From Thermodesulfobacteriota bacterium (GTDB lineage Bacteria > Desulfobacterota_D > UBA1144 > Nemesobacterales > UBA2774), in contig OY729416.1 in assembly GCA_963422265.1 (NCBI GenBank), forward strand, positions 928,001-992,000: DNA of 64,000 nucleotides, written 5' to 3'. How positions within the stretch are numbered: the stretch's first letter is position 1; every line of letters starts with the position of its first letter. Positions 32,201-42,547 of the stretch are shown piece by piece. The translations under genes were made by a program, and so were the position numbers. The notes under the pieces were generated by a model. That model did not search any database, was not told the origin of the DNA, and worked only from the letters and a program-made list of their open reading frames with translations.

Positions 32201-35200
32201 TCAACAATCGTGCTGGTATCCGCGGTCAGTGTCTGGCCCTGGGTTGCCGTCCCCGTAATGGTTACCGCACCAGTCGGCAAGTCGTTTACGTTCGCTACAC
32301 TTGCTGTAGCAGCAGAGGTGAGGGTCTCCGCAGTGCCGCCCCCGTCAGTCCAGCTCACAGTGACGGTGATTGCCGCCCCGACGTCCGCCTGTGTCAGAAT
32401 GTAGGTGCTACTGGTCGCCCCGCTGATGTCAGTCCCACCCCGCTTCCATTGATAGCTGAACGTCAGATTACTCGGGCCGTCTGGATCAACGATCGTGCTG
32501 GTATCCGCGGTCAGTGTCTGGCCCTGGGTCGCCGTGCCGGTGATGGTGACTGCACCAGTCGGCGAGTCGTTTACGTTCGCTACACTTGCTGTAGCAGCAG
32601 AGGTAAGAGTCTCCACTGTACTACCGCTGTCCGTCCAACTCACGGTGACGGTGATGACAGACCCGACGTCTGCCTGTGTCAGAACGTAGGTGCTACTGGT
32701 CGCCCCACTGATGTCAGTCCCACCTCGCTTCCACTGATAGCTGAACGTCAGACTACTCGGACCGTCAGGGTCGGAGATGCCGGAGGTATCCGCGGTCAGT
32801 GTCTGGCCCTGGTTTGGGGTGCCGGTGATGGTGACGCTGCCGGTCGGTGGGTCGTTAGCGTTGGTTACGCTCGCTGTCGCAGTCGAGGTAAGAGTTTCGG
32901 CAGCACCGCCGCTGTCGGTCCAGCTCACTACTACTGTGATCGCAGAACCTACGTCTGCCTGTTTCAGAACGTAGGTGTTACTGGTCGCCCCACTGATGTC
33001 AGTCCCACCTCGCTTCCATTGGTAGCTGAAGGTCAGACTGCTCGGGCCGTCAGGGTCGGAGACGCCGGAGGTGTCCGCAGTCAGTGTCTGGCCCTGGGTC
33101 GCCGTGCCGGTGATGGTTACCGCACCAGTCGGCGGATCGTTAGCGTTGGTTACACTTGCTGTCGCAACAGAGGTGAGAGATTCCGCCGTGCCGCCCCCGT
33201 CGGTCCAACTCACTACTACTGTGATCGCAGAACCTACGTCCGCCTGTGTCAGAACGTAGGTGTTACTGGTCGCCCCACTGATGTCAGTCCCACCTCGCTT
33301 CCATTGGTAGCTAAATACCAAATTACTCGGCCCGTCCGGGTCGGAGATCGCGCTGGTCACCGCGGTCAGTGTCTGGCCCTGGGTCGCCGTCCCGGTGATG
33401 GTTACCGAACCCGTCGGCGAGTCGTTTAGGTTCGCTACGTTCGCTGTCGCCGCCGAGGTGAGGGTCTCCACGATGCTGCCGCTGTCCGTCCAACTCACTA
33501 CTACTGTGATGACAGAACCTACGTCCGCCTGTTTCAGAACGTAGGTTCTACTGGTCGCCCCGCTGATGTCAGTCCCACCTCGCTTCCATTGGTAGCTGAA
33601 GGTTAGACTGGCCGGGCCGTCCGGGTCGGAGATCGCGCTGGTCACCGCGGTCAGTGTCTGGCCCTGGGTCGCCGTCCCGGTGATGGTGACTGCCCCGGTC
33701 GGTGAGTCGTTTAGGTTCGCTACGTTCGCGGTCGTAGCAGAGGTAAGAGTTTCGGCAGTGCCGCCATCATCGGTCCAGCTCACGGTGACGCTGATGGCCG
33801 ACCCGACGTCGGCTTGCGTCAGGGTATACGACGCCTGGTTGGCGCCGCTGATGGCGGTGCCATCGCGTTTCCATTGGTAGGTGAAGGTTAGATTACTCGG
33901 ACCGTCAGGGTCAACGATCGTGCTGGTATCCGCTGTAAGCGTCTGCCCCTGCGTCATCGTACCCATGATGGTTACCAAACCAGTCAGGGTGACGACCACG
34001 AAATCGGACTCCACCCCCGTAACACTGCCGGCCACCGCACGGATGCGAAATCTATATATAGTGCCGTTGGTCAGACCCGTCACCGTGTGTGTGATCGGGT
34101 CCTTCCCACTCCCCGATATGTCAACCCAGTTGCCAGGGTTAGGCTCGGTATTGCCAGTCCACTGCTTATACTGATACTTGGTGATGACGGGATTGTTCGG
34201 ATCACTCCAGCTTAACGTTACTTCACCATCACCGGTACTGGCACTGAGGTCGGGCTTGCCTGGGACCACCATGGGGATCACTACTGCGGTGTAAGGGGAC
34301 TGCGACCCCGTAACACTGCCGGCCACCGCCCGAATACGGAAACTATACTCAACGCCGTTGGTCAGACCCGTCACCCCGTAGCGAACAGTGTCCTTATCAC
34401 TGGGATTAATGTCCACCCAATTACCCCAACTGCCTCGCTCGCCACCGCCCGTCCATTGCCTGATCTGATATTTGGTGATGTCGGCGTTATTTGGATTATT
34501 CCAGCTTAACGCTATTTCACCGTCACCTGCCACTACCTTGGGGCGGGTGGGACTTCTTGGAGGCGCGGCCACCGGCGTCGCCCGGACAACATTCGACTCC
34601 GTTACTACAACGCCGTTGGTCAACCCGCGAATACGGAAGCTATACGTCACGCTGTTGGTCAGACCCGTCACCCTGTATTCAATGAGCGTGGTTGATATGG
34701 TGGCTGAAATATCGCGCCAATCCCCCGTCTCGCTACTGCCCGTCCATTGCCTGATCTGGTACTTGGTGATGGTGGTATCCTTCTGATCAGACAGATTCGG
34801 ATCACGCCAGATCAGCTCGATTTGTTTGTACCGGGCCTGCGCACTGATTTTAGTAGGCGCTGCCTGTACCGGCGGTGCCGCTACCAGCTTGACAACGGTG
34901 ACAGTGGACGCCGGCCCATAGGCGGCGGGCCCATGGGCATAGTCGCCAGCCACGGCCCGAATGCGGAAGTAGTATTTGACGCCGGTGGGTAAACCGGTCA
35001 CTACGTGGCTGATGGTGTCTTTGTCGCTGCCCGGGATGTCGCCCCAGTCATTCCAGTCGCCGGTCTTGCTCCCGTCTTGTGCAGTCCGTACGTCGCGTCG
35101 CCGGATCTGGTATTTGATGATGTCAGTATTGTTGGGATTACTCCAGTTTAACGTTATTTGTCTGTCGCCGGGTACCGGTGGTACCACGGTGACGTTAGGC

Positions 35201-35651
35201 CTTGCGGTAGGCGCGGTCGGAATGGGCCCGGGGGTCACGGTAATAACGTCGGACGGCGCTCCTGTAACATTGCCGGCGGCTACCGCACGAATGCGGAAGT
35301 GATACTTAACACCGTCACGCAGACCCCGCACCGAGACGCTCTGCGCGCTAATAGTACCTGCAAAGTTAAACCAGCCAAACGGCTCGGTATCGCCATCAAT
35401 CCATTGCTTATACTGATACTTGGTGATGGCGGCATTATCCGGATTATCCCAGCGGAACTTTACCTGACGGATGCTCGCCACCGCCTTGAGACCAGTGAGC
35501 TTAGTGGGGGGGGGGGGCTACCTGCGCCTGAACAACGGCGGGCAGCAACAGAAACAGAGCGACAGCAACACCAAGTAAAGAGAGAGAAAGAAGACGTTGC
35601 ATCATATCTCTTTCGGGGGGGGGGGGGGGGGGGGGTAACTTTTATAATCAT
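29260..35651 (-). CDS. Giant autotransporter-like adhesin (about 5 FN3 domains, 9 Ig-like repeats, further Ig-like domain, C-terminal beta-barrel); 5' end interrupted by two poly-C frameshifts
   Basis: ORF 29260-35481 (2073 aa) has no signal peptide. A signal peptide MMQRLLSLSLLGVAVALFLLLPAVVQA is encoded from ATG 35605 in another frame, and a leader MIIKVT-Pn from ATG 35651 in the third frame. Confidence 0.85.
31420..33984 (-). repeat. Nine tandem 285-bp (95-aa) Ig-like coding repeats
   Basis: Unit TGAVTITGTATQGQTLTADTS...YQWKRGGTDISGATSSTY...QADVG...SWTD...ND counted nine times; shadow ORFs recur at 285-bp spacing. Confidence 0.95.
35506..35517 (-). repeat. Homopolymer G12 (C12 on coding strand), just after the signal peptide
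   Basis: Counted directly. Confidence 0.9.
35615..35635 (-). repeat. Homopolymer G21 (C21 on coding strand), before the signal peptide
   Basis: Counted directly. Confidence 0.9.
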
Positions 35652-35698
35652 AATACCTTTCACTTTAATAACTTTCTAATGTCTTTGTCAACAGGACA

Positions 35699-35716
35699 CC
35701 CCTTTTCTAAAGGAGG
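35699..35716. repeat. REP-like C/G hairpin repeat, partial copy 3
   Basis: CCCCTTTTCTAAAGGAGG matches the core of copy 1. Confidence 0.55.
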
Positions 35717-35802
35717 AAACAAATGGGGTGCATGACCGGACTTTAACTAATGACGTGGTTTTAGCAAAGAACGGAGTGATAACTCGTTCTACAACCCCAT
35801 TT

Positions 35803-35831
35803 CTGGATTCCCGCCCCCGAGCGGGAATGAC
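35803..35831. repeat. GTCATTCCC...GGGAATCCAG palindromic element (right copy, inverted)
   Basis: CTGGATTCCCGCCCCCGAGCGGGAATGAC with stem ATTCCCGC/GCGGGAAT. Confidence 0.7.
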
Positions 35832-35889
35832 GGATGGGGGAATAGATACCTGTTCAAGGTAGTAATGACAAAGGACGCGACCCTACGCA

Positions 35890-36669
35890 TCACATAACAG
35901 GCTTAATCGCTGAGAAAAATATACGTTGGTAAATATAGAAGATTGGACTTTTGGGATATAACTTGCGAAGTTCCTCACGGTATCTATCTACAAATTTCTC
36001 ATGTAACTCATCGGGCAAACGCTCAAAGTAAGGTAAAAAGGCAGTGCCTGAAAGCCAGTCTATTATCGAATCAACGTCTTTAAGAACGTGAATATAAACC
36101 TTTTCAAATACGTCTATATTCGTGGCTTGGCACTCATACAGCAATCTAGCATACTGCCCTGTAGATAGCACGGACAAACCCCTCTGCCAACCATCTAAAG
36201 CCCCCTTATAAGGCTTTTCATTAGCAACTTGAGCAATTAACCTTTGGGTTGGATGGTTATGATTAGCGGGAAGCTGCACTGCAATCTGCCCCCCACTATG
36301 AAGTAATGAAAACAGCCTTGGTATTAACTCGTTATGGTTTTCCACCCATTGTATCGCCGCGTTTGAGAATATCAGATCCCACCGACCTGATAACTCTTGA
36401 ATTGAAAGCAACTTAAAATCAAGCCCGCGGTGCTTTCTCTCGCTCGCCCCCTCAAGCATGTTAGGGGAGGTATCAATGCCAAGCACCTTGCTATTGGGGA
36501 GTATATTTGAAACCAATTCGGTCAACTCGCCAGTGCCGCAGCCTAAATCTATCGCGTTTAAACCTTCTCTGATCAAGATTAGGTTAATCAAGTCTTGAAA
36601 AGGCGCGAACCGCTCTTTCTGAAATTTATGATACAATGCAGGATTCCATGACATTTGACTCTGCGACAT
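35890..36669 (-). CDS. SAM-dependent methyltransferase, trans-aconitate methyltransferase-like
   Basis: WNPALY..ER..PF.DL, DLGCGTG, IFSNAAIQW, IAVQLP. Confidence 0.85.
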   Translation of the reverse strand: MSQSQMSWNPALYHKFQKERFAPFQDLINLILIREGLNAIDLGCGTGELTELVSNILPNSKVLGIDTSPNMLEGASERKHRGLDFKLLSIQELSGRWDLIFSNAAIQWVENHNELIPRLFSLLHSGGQIAVQLPANHNHPTQRLIAQVANEKPYKGALDGWQRGLSVLSTGQYARLLYECQATNIDVFEKVYIHVLKDVDSIIDWLSGTAFLPYFERLPDELHEKFVDRYREELRKLYPKSPIFYIYQRIFFSAIKPVM

Positions 36670-36783
36670 TAGGCTCTACCGATCCTAAGTAGAGGGACAA
36701 ACCCACAGGTTTTCTCCTCATCTACGGATTTCTTTGGGGGAGACATTGCCCTATGTTATAATGTAACATCTCACCAAAATTCT

Positions 36784-37248
36784 ATGAGGTTCAAGGGAAT
36801 GAAAATAGCTGTCGGCAGCGACGAGAAAAATCATCTTACTGATTTTGTAATTGAAGAACTTAGAAAAAGGGGACTTGACCTAGAGCTTCACGGACCATTA
36901 AAGGGAAAGAATATTGAATGGACGGAAGTAGCTCAGAACGTTGCGGAGAGGGTCGCAGAGAGGGCTTGCCATCAGGGCATGCTGTTTTGCTGGACAGGAA
37001 CGGGGGTGAGCATAGCAGCAAACAAGGTGCCCGGCATAAGAGCTGCTTTATGCTGCGACGCCCGGACGGCGGAAGGCGCAAGGAAATGGAACGACGCAAA
37101 CGTGCTTGCTATGAGTCTTAGGACAACTTCACCCACTGTGGCTAAGGAAATAATAGACGCATGGTTTCGCTCGACCCCTGATGAGGACGAAAGATGTAAC
37201 ATTGATAAAGTCAGTGAGATTGAGAATAAGTACTGTGGAAACGCCTAA
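36784..37248 (+). CDS. rpiB: RpiB/LacA/LacB-family sugar-phosphate isomerase
   Basis: IAVGSD, CWTGTGVSIAANKVPGIRAA, WNDANVL. Confidence 0.85.
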   Translation: MRFKGMKIAVGSDEKNHLTDFVIEELRKRGLDLELHGPLKGKNIEWTEVAQNVAERVAERACHQGMLFCWTGTGVSIAANKVPGIRAALCCDARTAEGARKWNDANVLAMSLRTTSPTVAKEIIDAWFRSTPDEDERCNIDKVSEIENKYCGNA

Positions 37249-38300
37249 TGGTTTTGGCTAAGAATTCGGAGGAGAGGATGAAAAGCAAGGGGTATAACGT
37301 CGCTATAGTTGGAGCTACAGGGGCGGTAGGCCAGGAGATCATAGACATAATTAGGGAAAGGGATTTTCCAATAAACGAGATCAGGTTGCTTGCCTCTAAA
37401 AGATCAGCAGGTAAAAAACTAGAATTTAAGAACGATAGTATCCCCGTCCTGGAGCTCGATGAGAACTCTTTTTCAAATATAGACCTTGCCCTATTTTCCG
37501 CCGGGGGAGCAACAAGTAAACAATTCGCCCCGATTGCATCGGACAAAGGTGCCGTCGTCGTGGATAATAGCTCGGCTTTTCGTATGGAAAAAGACGTGCC
37601 TCTGGTTATACCGGAAATCAACCCTAGTTCACTAGCAGGATATAAAAACAAGGGAATCGTAGCCAACCCAAATTGCACAACGGCAATCGTCGTAATGGCC
37701 CTTAAACCCCTCCACGACGTAGCCAAGATCAAGCGCGTTATAGCGTCAAGCTATCAAGCCGTATCAGGCGCAGGTGCTCAAGCTATTGAAGAGCTTAGAA
37801 ACCAAACTTCGGCATTGATAAACTCGGGTGAAATAAGAACTGAAGCTTTCCCACGCCAAATTGCGTTTAATCTGCTGCCCCACATAGACAGCTTCCTTGA
37901 AAATGGCTATACAAAGGAGGAAATGAAACTTCATGACGAGACTAGAAAAATACTTGAAGACGACTCTATCTCGGTAACCGCAACCACGGTTAGAGTGCCT
38001 GTTTTTAGAGCTCACTCTATATCAGTTAACGTTGAGACAGAAGTGCCTATATCCGTAACCGAGGCAAAAGACGCGCTAAACAATTTTCAGGGCGTGCGGG
38101 TTGTTGATGATCCGCAGAATTTCAAATACCCTACACCTATTGACGCATCCGGAGTGGATGATTGCTTAGTCGGTAGAATTAGGACAGATTACACAGTGCC
38201 TTCGGGGCTTAGCTTTTGGGTCGTTGGAGACCAGTTGAGAAAAGGCGCCGCCCTCAATGCTGTTCAGATTGCAGAGCTGCTAATAAAAGACTACTTATGA
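37248..38300 (+). CDS. asd: Aspartate-semialdehyde dehydrogenase
   Basis: GATGAVG, DNSSAFRM, ANPNCTT, SYQAVSGAG, DQLRKGAALNAVQI. Start could also be ATG 37278. Confidence 0.96.
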   Translation: MVLAKNSEERMKSKGYNVAIVGATGAVGQEIIDIIRERDFPINEIRLLASKRSAGKKLEFKNDSIPVLELDENSFSNIDLALFSAGGATSKQFAPIASDKGAVVVDNSSAFRMEKDVPLVIPEINPSSLAGYKNKGIVANPNCTTAIVVMALKPLHDVAKIKRVIASSYQAVSGAGAQAIEELRNQTSALINSGEIRTEAFPRQIAFNLLPHIDSFLENGYTKEEMKLHDETRKILEDDSISVTATTVRVPVFRAHSISVNVETEVPISVTEAKDALNNFQGVRVVDDPQNFKYPTPIDASGVDDCLVGRIRTDYTVPSGLSFWVVGDQLRKGAALNAVQIAELLIKDYL

Positions 38301-38845
38301 TGCGAATAACTGACCTTATAAAAAACGCTTTTAGCCCTCTTGTCACCCGCAATTACACGGAGCTTCCCAATAAGGTAAAGGCAGGAGTTGATAAATATCT
38401 GACGGATGGCGAGGTAATTTTGCTTACGCTTCGCAACCATAGGGCTATACACAAAGCACCTATATGGCTTGATAGTAATACTTTTTTTAACTCTTGGTTT
38501 ATCCTTACGAACTATAGGATTATCATTGCTAGAAGCTCCTCAGAATTCAAACGGTTTAGGGACATACCCCTTAACGAAATCTCGCAGATATCCTATGAGT
38601 TAGATAACCAGGATCCTAAAATTTCAATAACGTCCCCCGGTAAGGAAGACGTAATAGAGTTCACAAAAGGAGCATCTTTGCACTGTGAAGGCATGGATAC
38701 GAAACTAAATGAAGCCATGAGGGACGCAAAGAAATTACGAAATCCCTCAACTAAAGATTCCGTCGTATGTAACAAATGCGCCAGCAAAATACCGAGCACG
38801 AGCAAGTTCTGCCCCGAATGTGGATCTAGAATAGGGAGTTTCTAA
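38297..38845 (+). CDS. Hypothetical protein, bacterial PH-like domain plus C-terminal zinc ribbon
   Basis: ATGA overlap with the asd stop; ILTNYRII and DIPLNEISQI; CNKC...FCPECG. Confidence 0.7.
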   Translation: MMRITDLIKNAFSPLVTRNYTELPNKVKAGVDKYLTDGEVILLTLRNHRAIHKAPIWLDSNTFFNSWFILTNYRIIIARSSSEFKRFRDIPLNEISQISYELDNQDPKISITSPGKEDVIEFTKGASLHCEGMDTKLNEAMRDAKKLRNPSTKDSVVCNKCASKIPSTSKFCPECGSRIGSF

Positions 38846-38886
38846 ACAAACGCATTGACGTCCCATAGACCCTATATTTCTTGATT

Positions 38887-38895
38887 TGCTATAAT
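38887..38895 (+). promoter_or_regulatory. Extended -10 element upstream of dapA
   Basis: TGCTATAAT about 75 bp before the ATG, with a GAGGAGG SD downstream. Confidence 0.5.
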
Positions 38896-38967
38896 GCTTA
38901 AATATAATGAAGTTAAGCTCTTGAAATCACTTCCCCAACCACGATTGGGAAAAGAGGAGGTCTCTAG

Positions 38968-39846
38968 ATGATTCACGGATCCCTTGTCGCCATAGTAACG
39001 CCGTTTAAGAATGGAGAAATTGACGAAGACGCTCTAAGAAATCTAATAGAATTTCAGATTGAAAATGGAACACACGGAATAGTGCCATGCGGCACAACGG
39101 GGGAATCTCCCACGCTATCCCATGAAGAGCATGAATACGTTATTGACATTACTGTCAACACGGTCAACAAAAGAGTGCCTGTAATAGCGGGAACAGGTTC
39201 TAACAGCACTAAAGAAGCCATAAGGCTTACCCGTTTCGCGGAAAAAGCAGGGGTAGATGGATCGCTTTTAGTAACACCCTATTACAACAAACCTACGCAA
39301 GAGGGGCTTTACCTACACTTTAAGCAAATCGCTTCACAGGTAGATATACCGATCATACTATACAACATACCTGGAAGATCCGTGGTCAATATATTGCCTG
39401 AGACGATGGCAAAACTAGCGCGCGACTGTAGCAATATAGTAGGGGTTAAAGAAGCCTCAGGATCTCTCCCTCAGGCAGGCAGGATTATTCAACTTTGCGG
39501 CGAAGATTTCATAGTGCTGTCCGGAGAAGACTCAATTAATTTCCCACTTCTCGCCGTGGGAGCTAGGGGATTTATCACTGTAACGGCAAATATAGTGCCA
39601 AAAGACGTAGCGAACCTCTATAACCTATTTAATGAGGGCAAGTTTGAACTGGCGAGAGAGATTCATTATAAGCTTCTCCCGTTAAACGAAGCGCTATTTC
39701 TTGAGACAAACCCGATTCCAGTAAAGGCAGCCCTTAGCATGATGGGTAAGGTCAATTATGAATACAGGTATCCCCTTTGCCAAATGTCGGAAAAGAACTA
39801 CAAAGGGCTTAAAAAGGCGCTATCAAATTATGGAATAATAAACTGA
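38968..39846 (+). CDS. dapA: 4-hydroxy-tetrahydrodipicolinate synthase
   Basis: GTTGES, PYYNKP, LYNIPGRS, GVKEAS, ETNPIPVK. Confidence 0.97.
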   Translation: MIHGSLVAIVTPFKNGEIDEDALRNLIEFQIENGTHGIVPCGTTGESPTLSHEEHEYVIDITVNTVNKRVPVIAGTGSNSTKEAIRLTRFAEKAGVDGSLLVTPYYNKPTQEGLYLHFKQIASQVDIPIILYNIPGRSVVNILPETMAKLARDCSNIVGVKEASGSLPQAGRIIQLCGEDFIVLSGEDSINFPLLAVGARGFITVTANIVPKDVANLYNLFNEGKFELAREIHYKLLPLNEALFLETNPIPVKAALSMMGKVNYEYRYPLCQMSEKNYKGLKKALSNYGIIN

Positions 39847-39901
39847 AGGGTCTTTAACCCACGCCTAGAAGCGTGATTAGCAACTGGGCTTGGGAAGTTA
39901 A

Positions 39902-40531
39902 ATGAGTCCCCCCAATCTAATATACGAACAGGAATTATGGGCTTTAGGACAAATCCCCGCTGGAGTAGATGAAGCGGGTAGAGGACCCCTTGCGGGCCCA
40001 GTCGTTGCCGCGTCCGTAATTCTACCTAAAGACGTTAAAATCCGCGGGATTGATGACTCCAAAAAACTATCTGATGGGAAGAGAAGGCTTATATTTGAGG
40101 AAATCAAAAAAACCGCCCTCTCAATCGCAGTTGGGATTGTAGATTCTGAAGAGATAGATAAAACGAATATACTCAGGGCTGCTCTCCTAGCTATGGAGAT
40201 AGCCGTTCAGAAGTTGGGTAAGACGCCAGACTACCTCCTTATTGACGGCAATCAAAAGACATCTCTGACAATACCTCAGAAGGCAATACCAAAGGGCGAC
40301 TCTAAATCTTCTTCAATAGCGGCCGCATCTATAGTCGCTAAGGTTACAAGAGATAACATCATGGAGGAATACCACCTCGCTTACCCCAAATATAACTTTA
40401 AGAGGCACAAGGGCTATCCGACGAAAGAGCACCTGGAATCGATAAAAATACTCGGACCCTGCCCTATACATAGGAGAAGCTTTAGAGGCGTTATTCAGGC
40501 GGTTGAATCGCAGTGGCGGACTCAATCGTAA
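39902..40531 (+). CDS. rnhB: Ribonuclease HII
   Basis: [50 protein letters not shown]. Confidence 0.96.
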   Translation: MSPPNLIYEQELWALGQIPAGVDEAGRGPLAGPVVAASVILPKDVKIRGIDDSKKLSDGKRRLIFEEIKKTALSIAVGIVDSEEIDKTNILRAALLAMEIAVQKLGKTPDYLLIDGNQKTSLTIPQKAIPKGDSKSSSIAAASIVAKVTRDNIMEEYHLAYPKYNFKRHKGYPTKEHLESIKILGPCPIHRRSFRGVIQAVESQWRTQS

Positions 40532-41153
40532 TGGTTTCCCGCGGCACGTCGCCGGATCCGGTGCTCACCCTCGCAATCTCATCTACCACTTCCATTCCTT
40601 CTACAACTCTCCCGAACACCGCGTAGCCATAGTCTCTAGTACCATGATCTAAAAATCCATTGTCGGCGTGATTTATAAAAAACTGCGAAGTAGCGCTGTC
40701 AACTACACCCGTGCGCGCCATTGCTATAGTTCCTCTTTCATTTTTAAGCCCGTTGTTAGCCTCGTTTTTAATGGGCTCCCTAGTTGGCTTCTGCCTCATA
40801 TCGCTGGTCATGCCACCACCCTGTATCATAAAATTGTTGATAACACGATGGAAAATCGTTCCGTCATAAAAACCGTCCTCAACATAAGCCAGGAAATTAT
40901 CCACTGTAACGGGGGATTCATCCTTGTAAAGCTCAAATTTAATGTTGCCCTTTGAGGTTTTTAGTATAACCATCTTAGTGCCGCCTCCTTTATCTCCTTT
41001 CTCATTCTGGCTCTTCTGCTGGTTCTGATTCCTTTGTTTCTTGTTATCCTGATCCACCCTATTACGGTTGCAGCCTAAGACAAAGACCATAATGGGTATT
41101 AGCACCAATACGATAATAAACTTAACGACCTTAGAGCATACGACGTATCTCAC
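40491..41153 (-). CDS. Cyclophilin-type peptidyl-prolyl isomerase with lipoprotein-like N-terminus
   Basis: [38 protein letters not shown] 41153 follows GGAGG; hydrophobic stretch ends in VLGC. Confidence 0.9.
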   Translation of the reverse strand: MRYVVCSKVVKFIIVLVLIPIMVFVLGCNRNRVDQDNKKQRNQNQQKSQNEKGDKGGGTKMVILKTSKGNIKFELYKDESPVTVDNFLAYVEDGFYDGTIFHRVINNFMIQGGGMTSDMRQKPTREPIKNEANNGLKNERGTIAMARTGVVDSATSQFFINHADNGFLDHGTRDYGYAVFGRVVEGMEVVDEIARVSTGSGDVPRETITIESATAIQPPE

Positions 41154-41352
41154 TGTGAAATACCTCCCTGATACTACACTTGTGCTCAATAACCTATAGC
41201 GATACTGACCAAGTGTCAATAAACCGTCAGGCATCGTAAGGAATGATGGGAAACGCTTCCGCGTAATTTGCATAGTTACGCGTATTTTTTTACTTTAATT
41301 CTATACAATTTTATGTATCATACTGTGCTGTTCTTAATGGTAGTAGATTAAA

Positions 41353-41397
41353 TTTGAATTTAGATTGTCTATTGTTTGAATCTTAGATTGTCTATTG
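41353..41397 (+). repeat. Tandem 22/23-bp duplication just before an SD
   Basis: TTTGAAT-TTAGATTGTCTATTG then TTTGAATCTTAGATTGTCTATTG. Confidence 0.85.
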
Positions 41398-41408
41398 GAG
41401 GTGTTAAT

Positions 41409-41798
41409 ATGAAGCTTTTATCTTTTGTTTTTATAATTCTTGTTTCTTTATCTTCTTGCGCTGAAAGGCCTATAGATCCTGTTTCTAAAGGTGTTGGGGT
41501 TGGTTCCGCCGTAGGAGCCGCCGCTGGAGCTATACTTGACAAGGAGAATAGATGGCGGGGTGGCGTAATTGGTGGCGCTCTTGGCGCTATTTTCGGGGGC
41601 GCTATGTCTGACATAGCTGTCCGCGCTTCTACTGAGGCTGCGAGAGAGAATCGCACTGTAGTTTATGAATCAAATGATGGTTTTCGTAGGGTGGAAGCTA
41701 CTCCTGAGACTGTAAAGAACAATTGCACTATAGTTCGTGAGAAAACTTACTCTGACGGAGAGCTGGTATCCGATACAACTCGTGAGGTTTGCTCATAA
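41409..41798 (+). CDS. Glycine-zipper lipoprotein
   Basis: GGAGG SD; lipobox LSSC; GVGVGSAVGAAAGA...GGVIGGALGAIFGG. Confidence 0.85.
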   Translation: MKLLSFVFIILVSLSSCAERPIDPVSKGVGVGSAVGAAAGAILDKENRWRGGVIGGALGAIFGGAMSDIAVRASTEAARENRTVVYESNDGFRRVEATPETVKNNCTIVREKTYSDGELVSDTTREVCS

Positions 41799-41909
41799 CC
41801 CCCTCCCCCGATAGCCGCGCAGGCATCAGGAAGATAGTCTTGCATCACGGGTTATATCCGATATAGTGATACGCTTCACTTCTCATACGCCGGCTTAGGA
41901 TTAGGCCGG

Positions 41910-42269
41910 CTATGACTCCGTTTTTGGCTTTGATAATGCTTTGAGGGATCCGAGCGATTTTTGCGTGTTCTCGTGAAGAAGCCTGAGCTTTTCTTCGCAC
42001 ACAGCTACATCATCCTCAATAGCGTTAATCTGGCCGCATTTTTCCAGAATGGAACCCTCGTTTATCCTTCCCGCATGCTTAAAAGTCCTATAAATAGCGC
42101 TGCCCATTTCCAGAGTTGCATCTGCTTTCTTTTTTCTTAAACGCCTTATCTCATTTTTTATCTTTAAGCCATCGTAGGCTTCCCTTGATCGTATATGGAC
42201 GATTCTTAGCCCCTTGTTCACCTCGCCTCTCAGTCTCGTCAAGAAGTCCCTGGTATCTATCTCAGTCAT
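41910..42269 (-). CDS. Hypothetical coiled-coil protein
   Basis: 119-aa ORF with GGAGG SD and charged helical composition. Confidence 0.65.
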   Translation of the reverse strand: MTEIDTRDFLTRLRGEVNKGLRIVHIRSREAYDGLKIKNEIRRLRKKKADATLEMGSAIYRTFKHAGRINEGSILEKCGQINAIEDDVAVCEEKLRLLHENTQKSLGSLKALSKPKTES

Positions 42270-42547
42270 TGCACCTCCCCTGTGATTGGATTCTAATTAG
42301 CCGCGACATATTAGGCCTGGTCTTGGTAAAAAAGCCACTTGGGTTAATAAAGAAATCTGCAGATTACGGCTCCCTTTGCAAGCTCAGAGACTATGCCTGG
42401 TAATTGTCATACTGAACCAAGCCCATAGCGACAGAGGTCTACCTTTGGGTATAATACATTCTCTTTTTACATACTCAAAATTTTAAACCCTATTAAGACG
42501 CGTTAGCACGTAGTCAGTGCAAGTTTTCCAAAAAACCAGGAGGCAGG

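Noticed and set aside
31321-33429. 702-aa plus-strand ORF and the 64-aa periodic ORFs
   Set aside because: Antisense shadows of the GC-rich adhesin repeats.
31420-33984. Repeat array as CRISPR or noncoding array
   Set aside because: Units are 285 bp, in frame and contiguous with no spacers; no cas genes.
35158-35679. Plus-strand poly-Gly ORFs across the G tracts (also 58846-59196)
   Set aside because: SD sequences, signal peptides and domain content all support the minus strand; these are shadows.
40491-40531. Convergent overlap of rnhB and cyclophilin 3' ends
   Set aside because: Short tail-to-tail overlaps are common in compact genomes.
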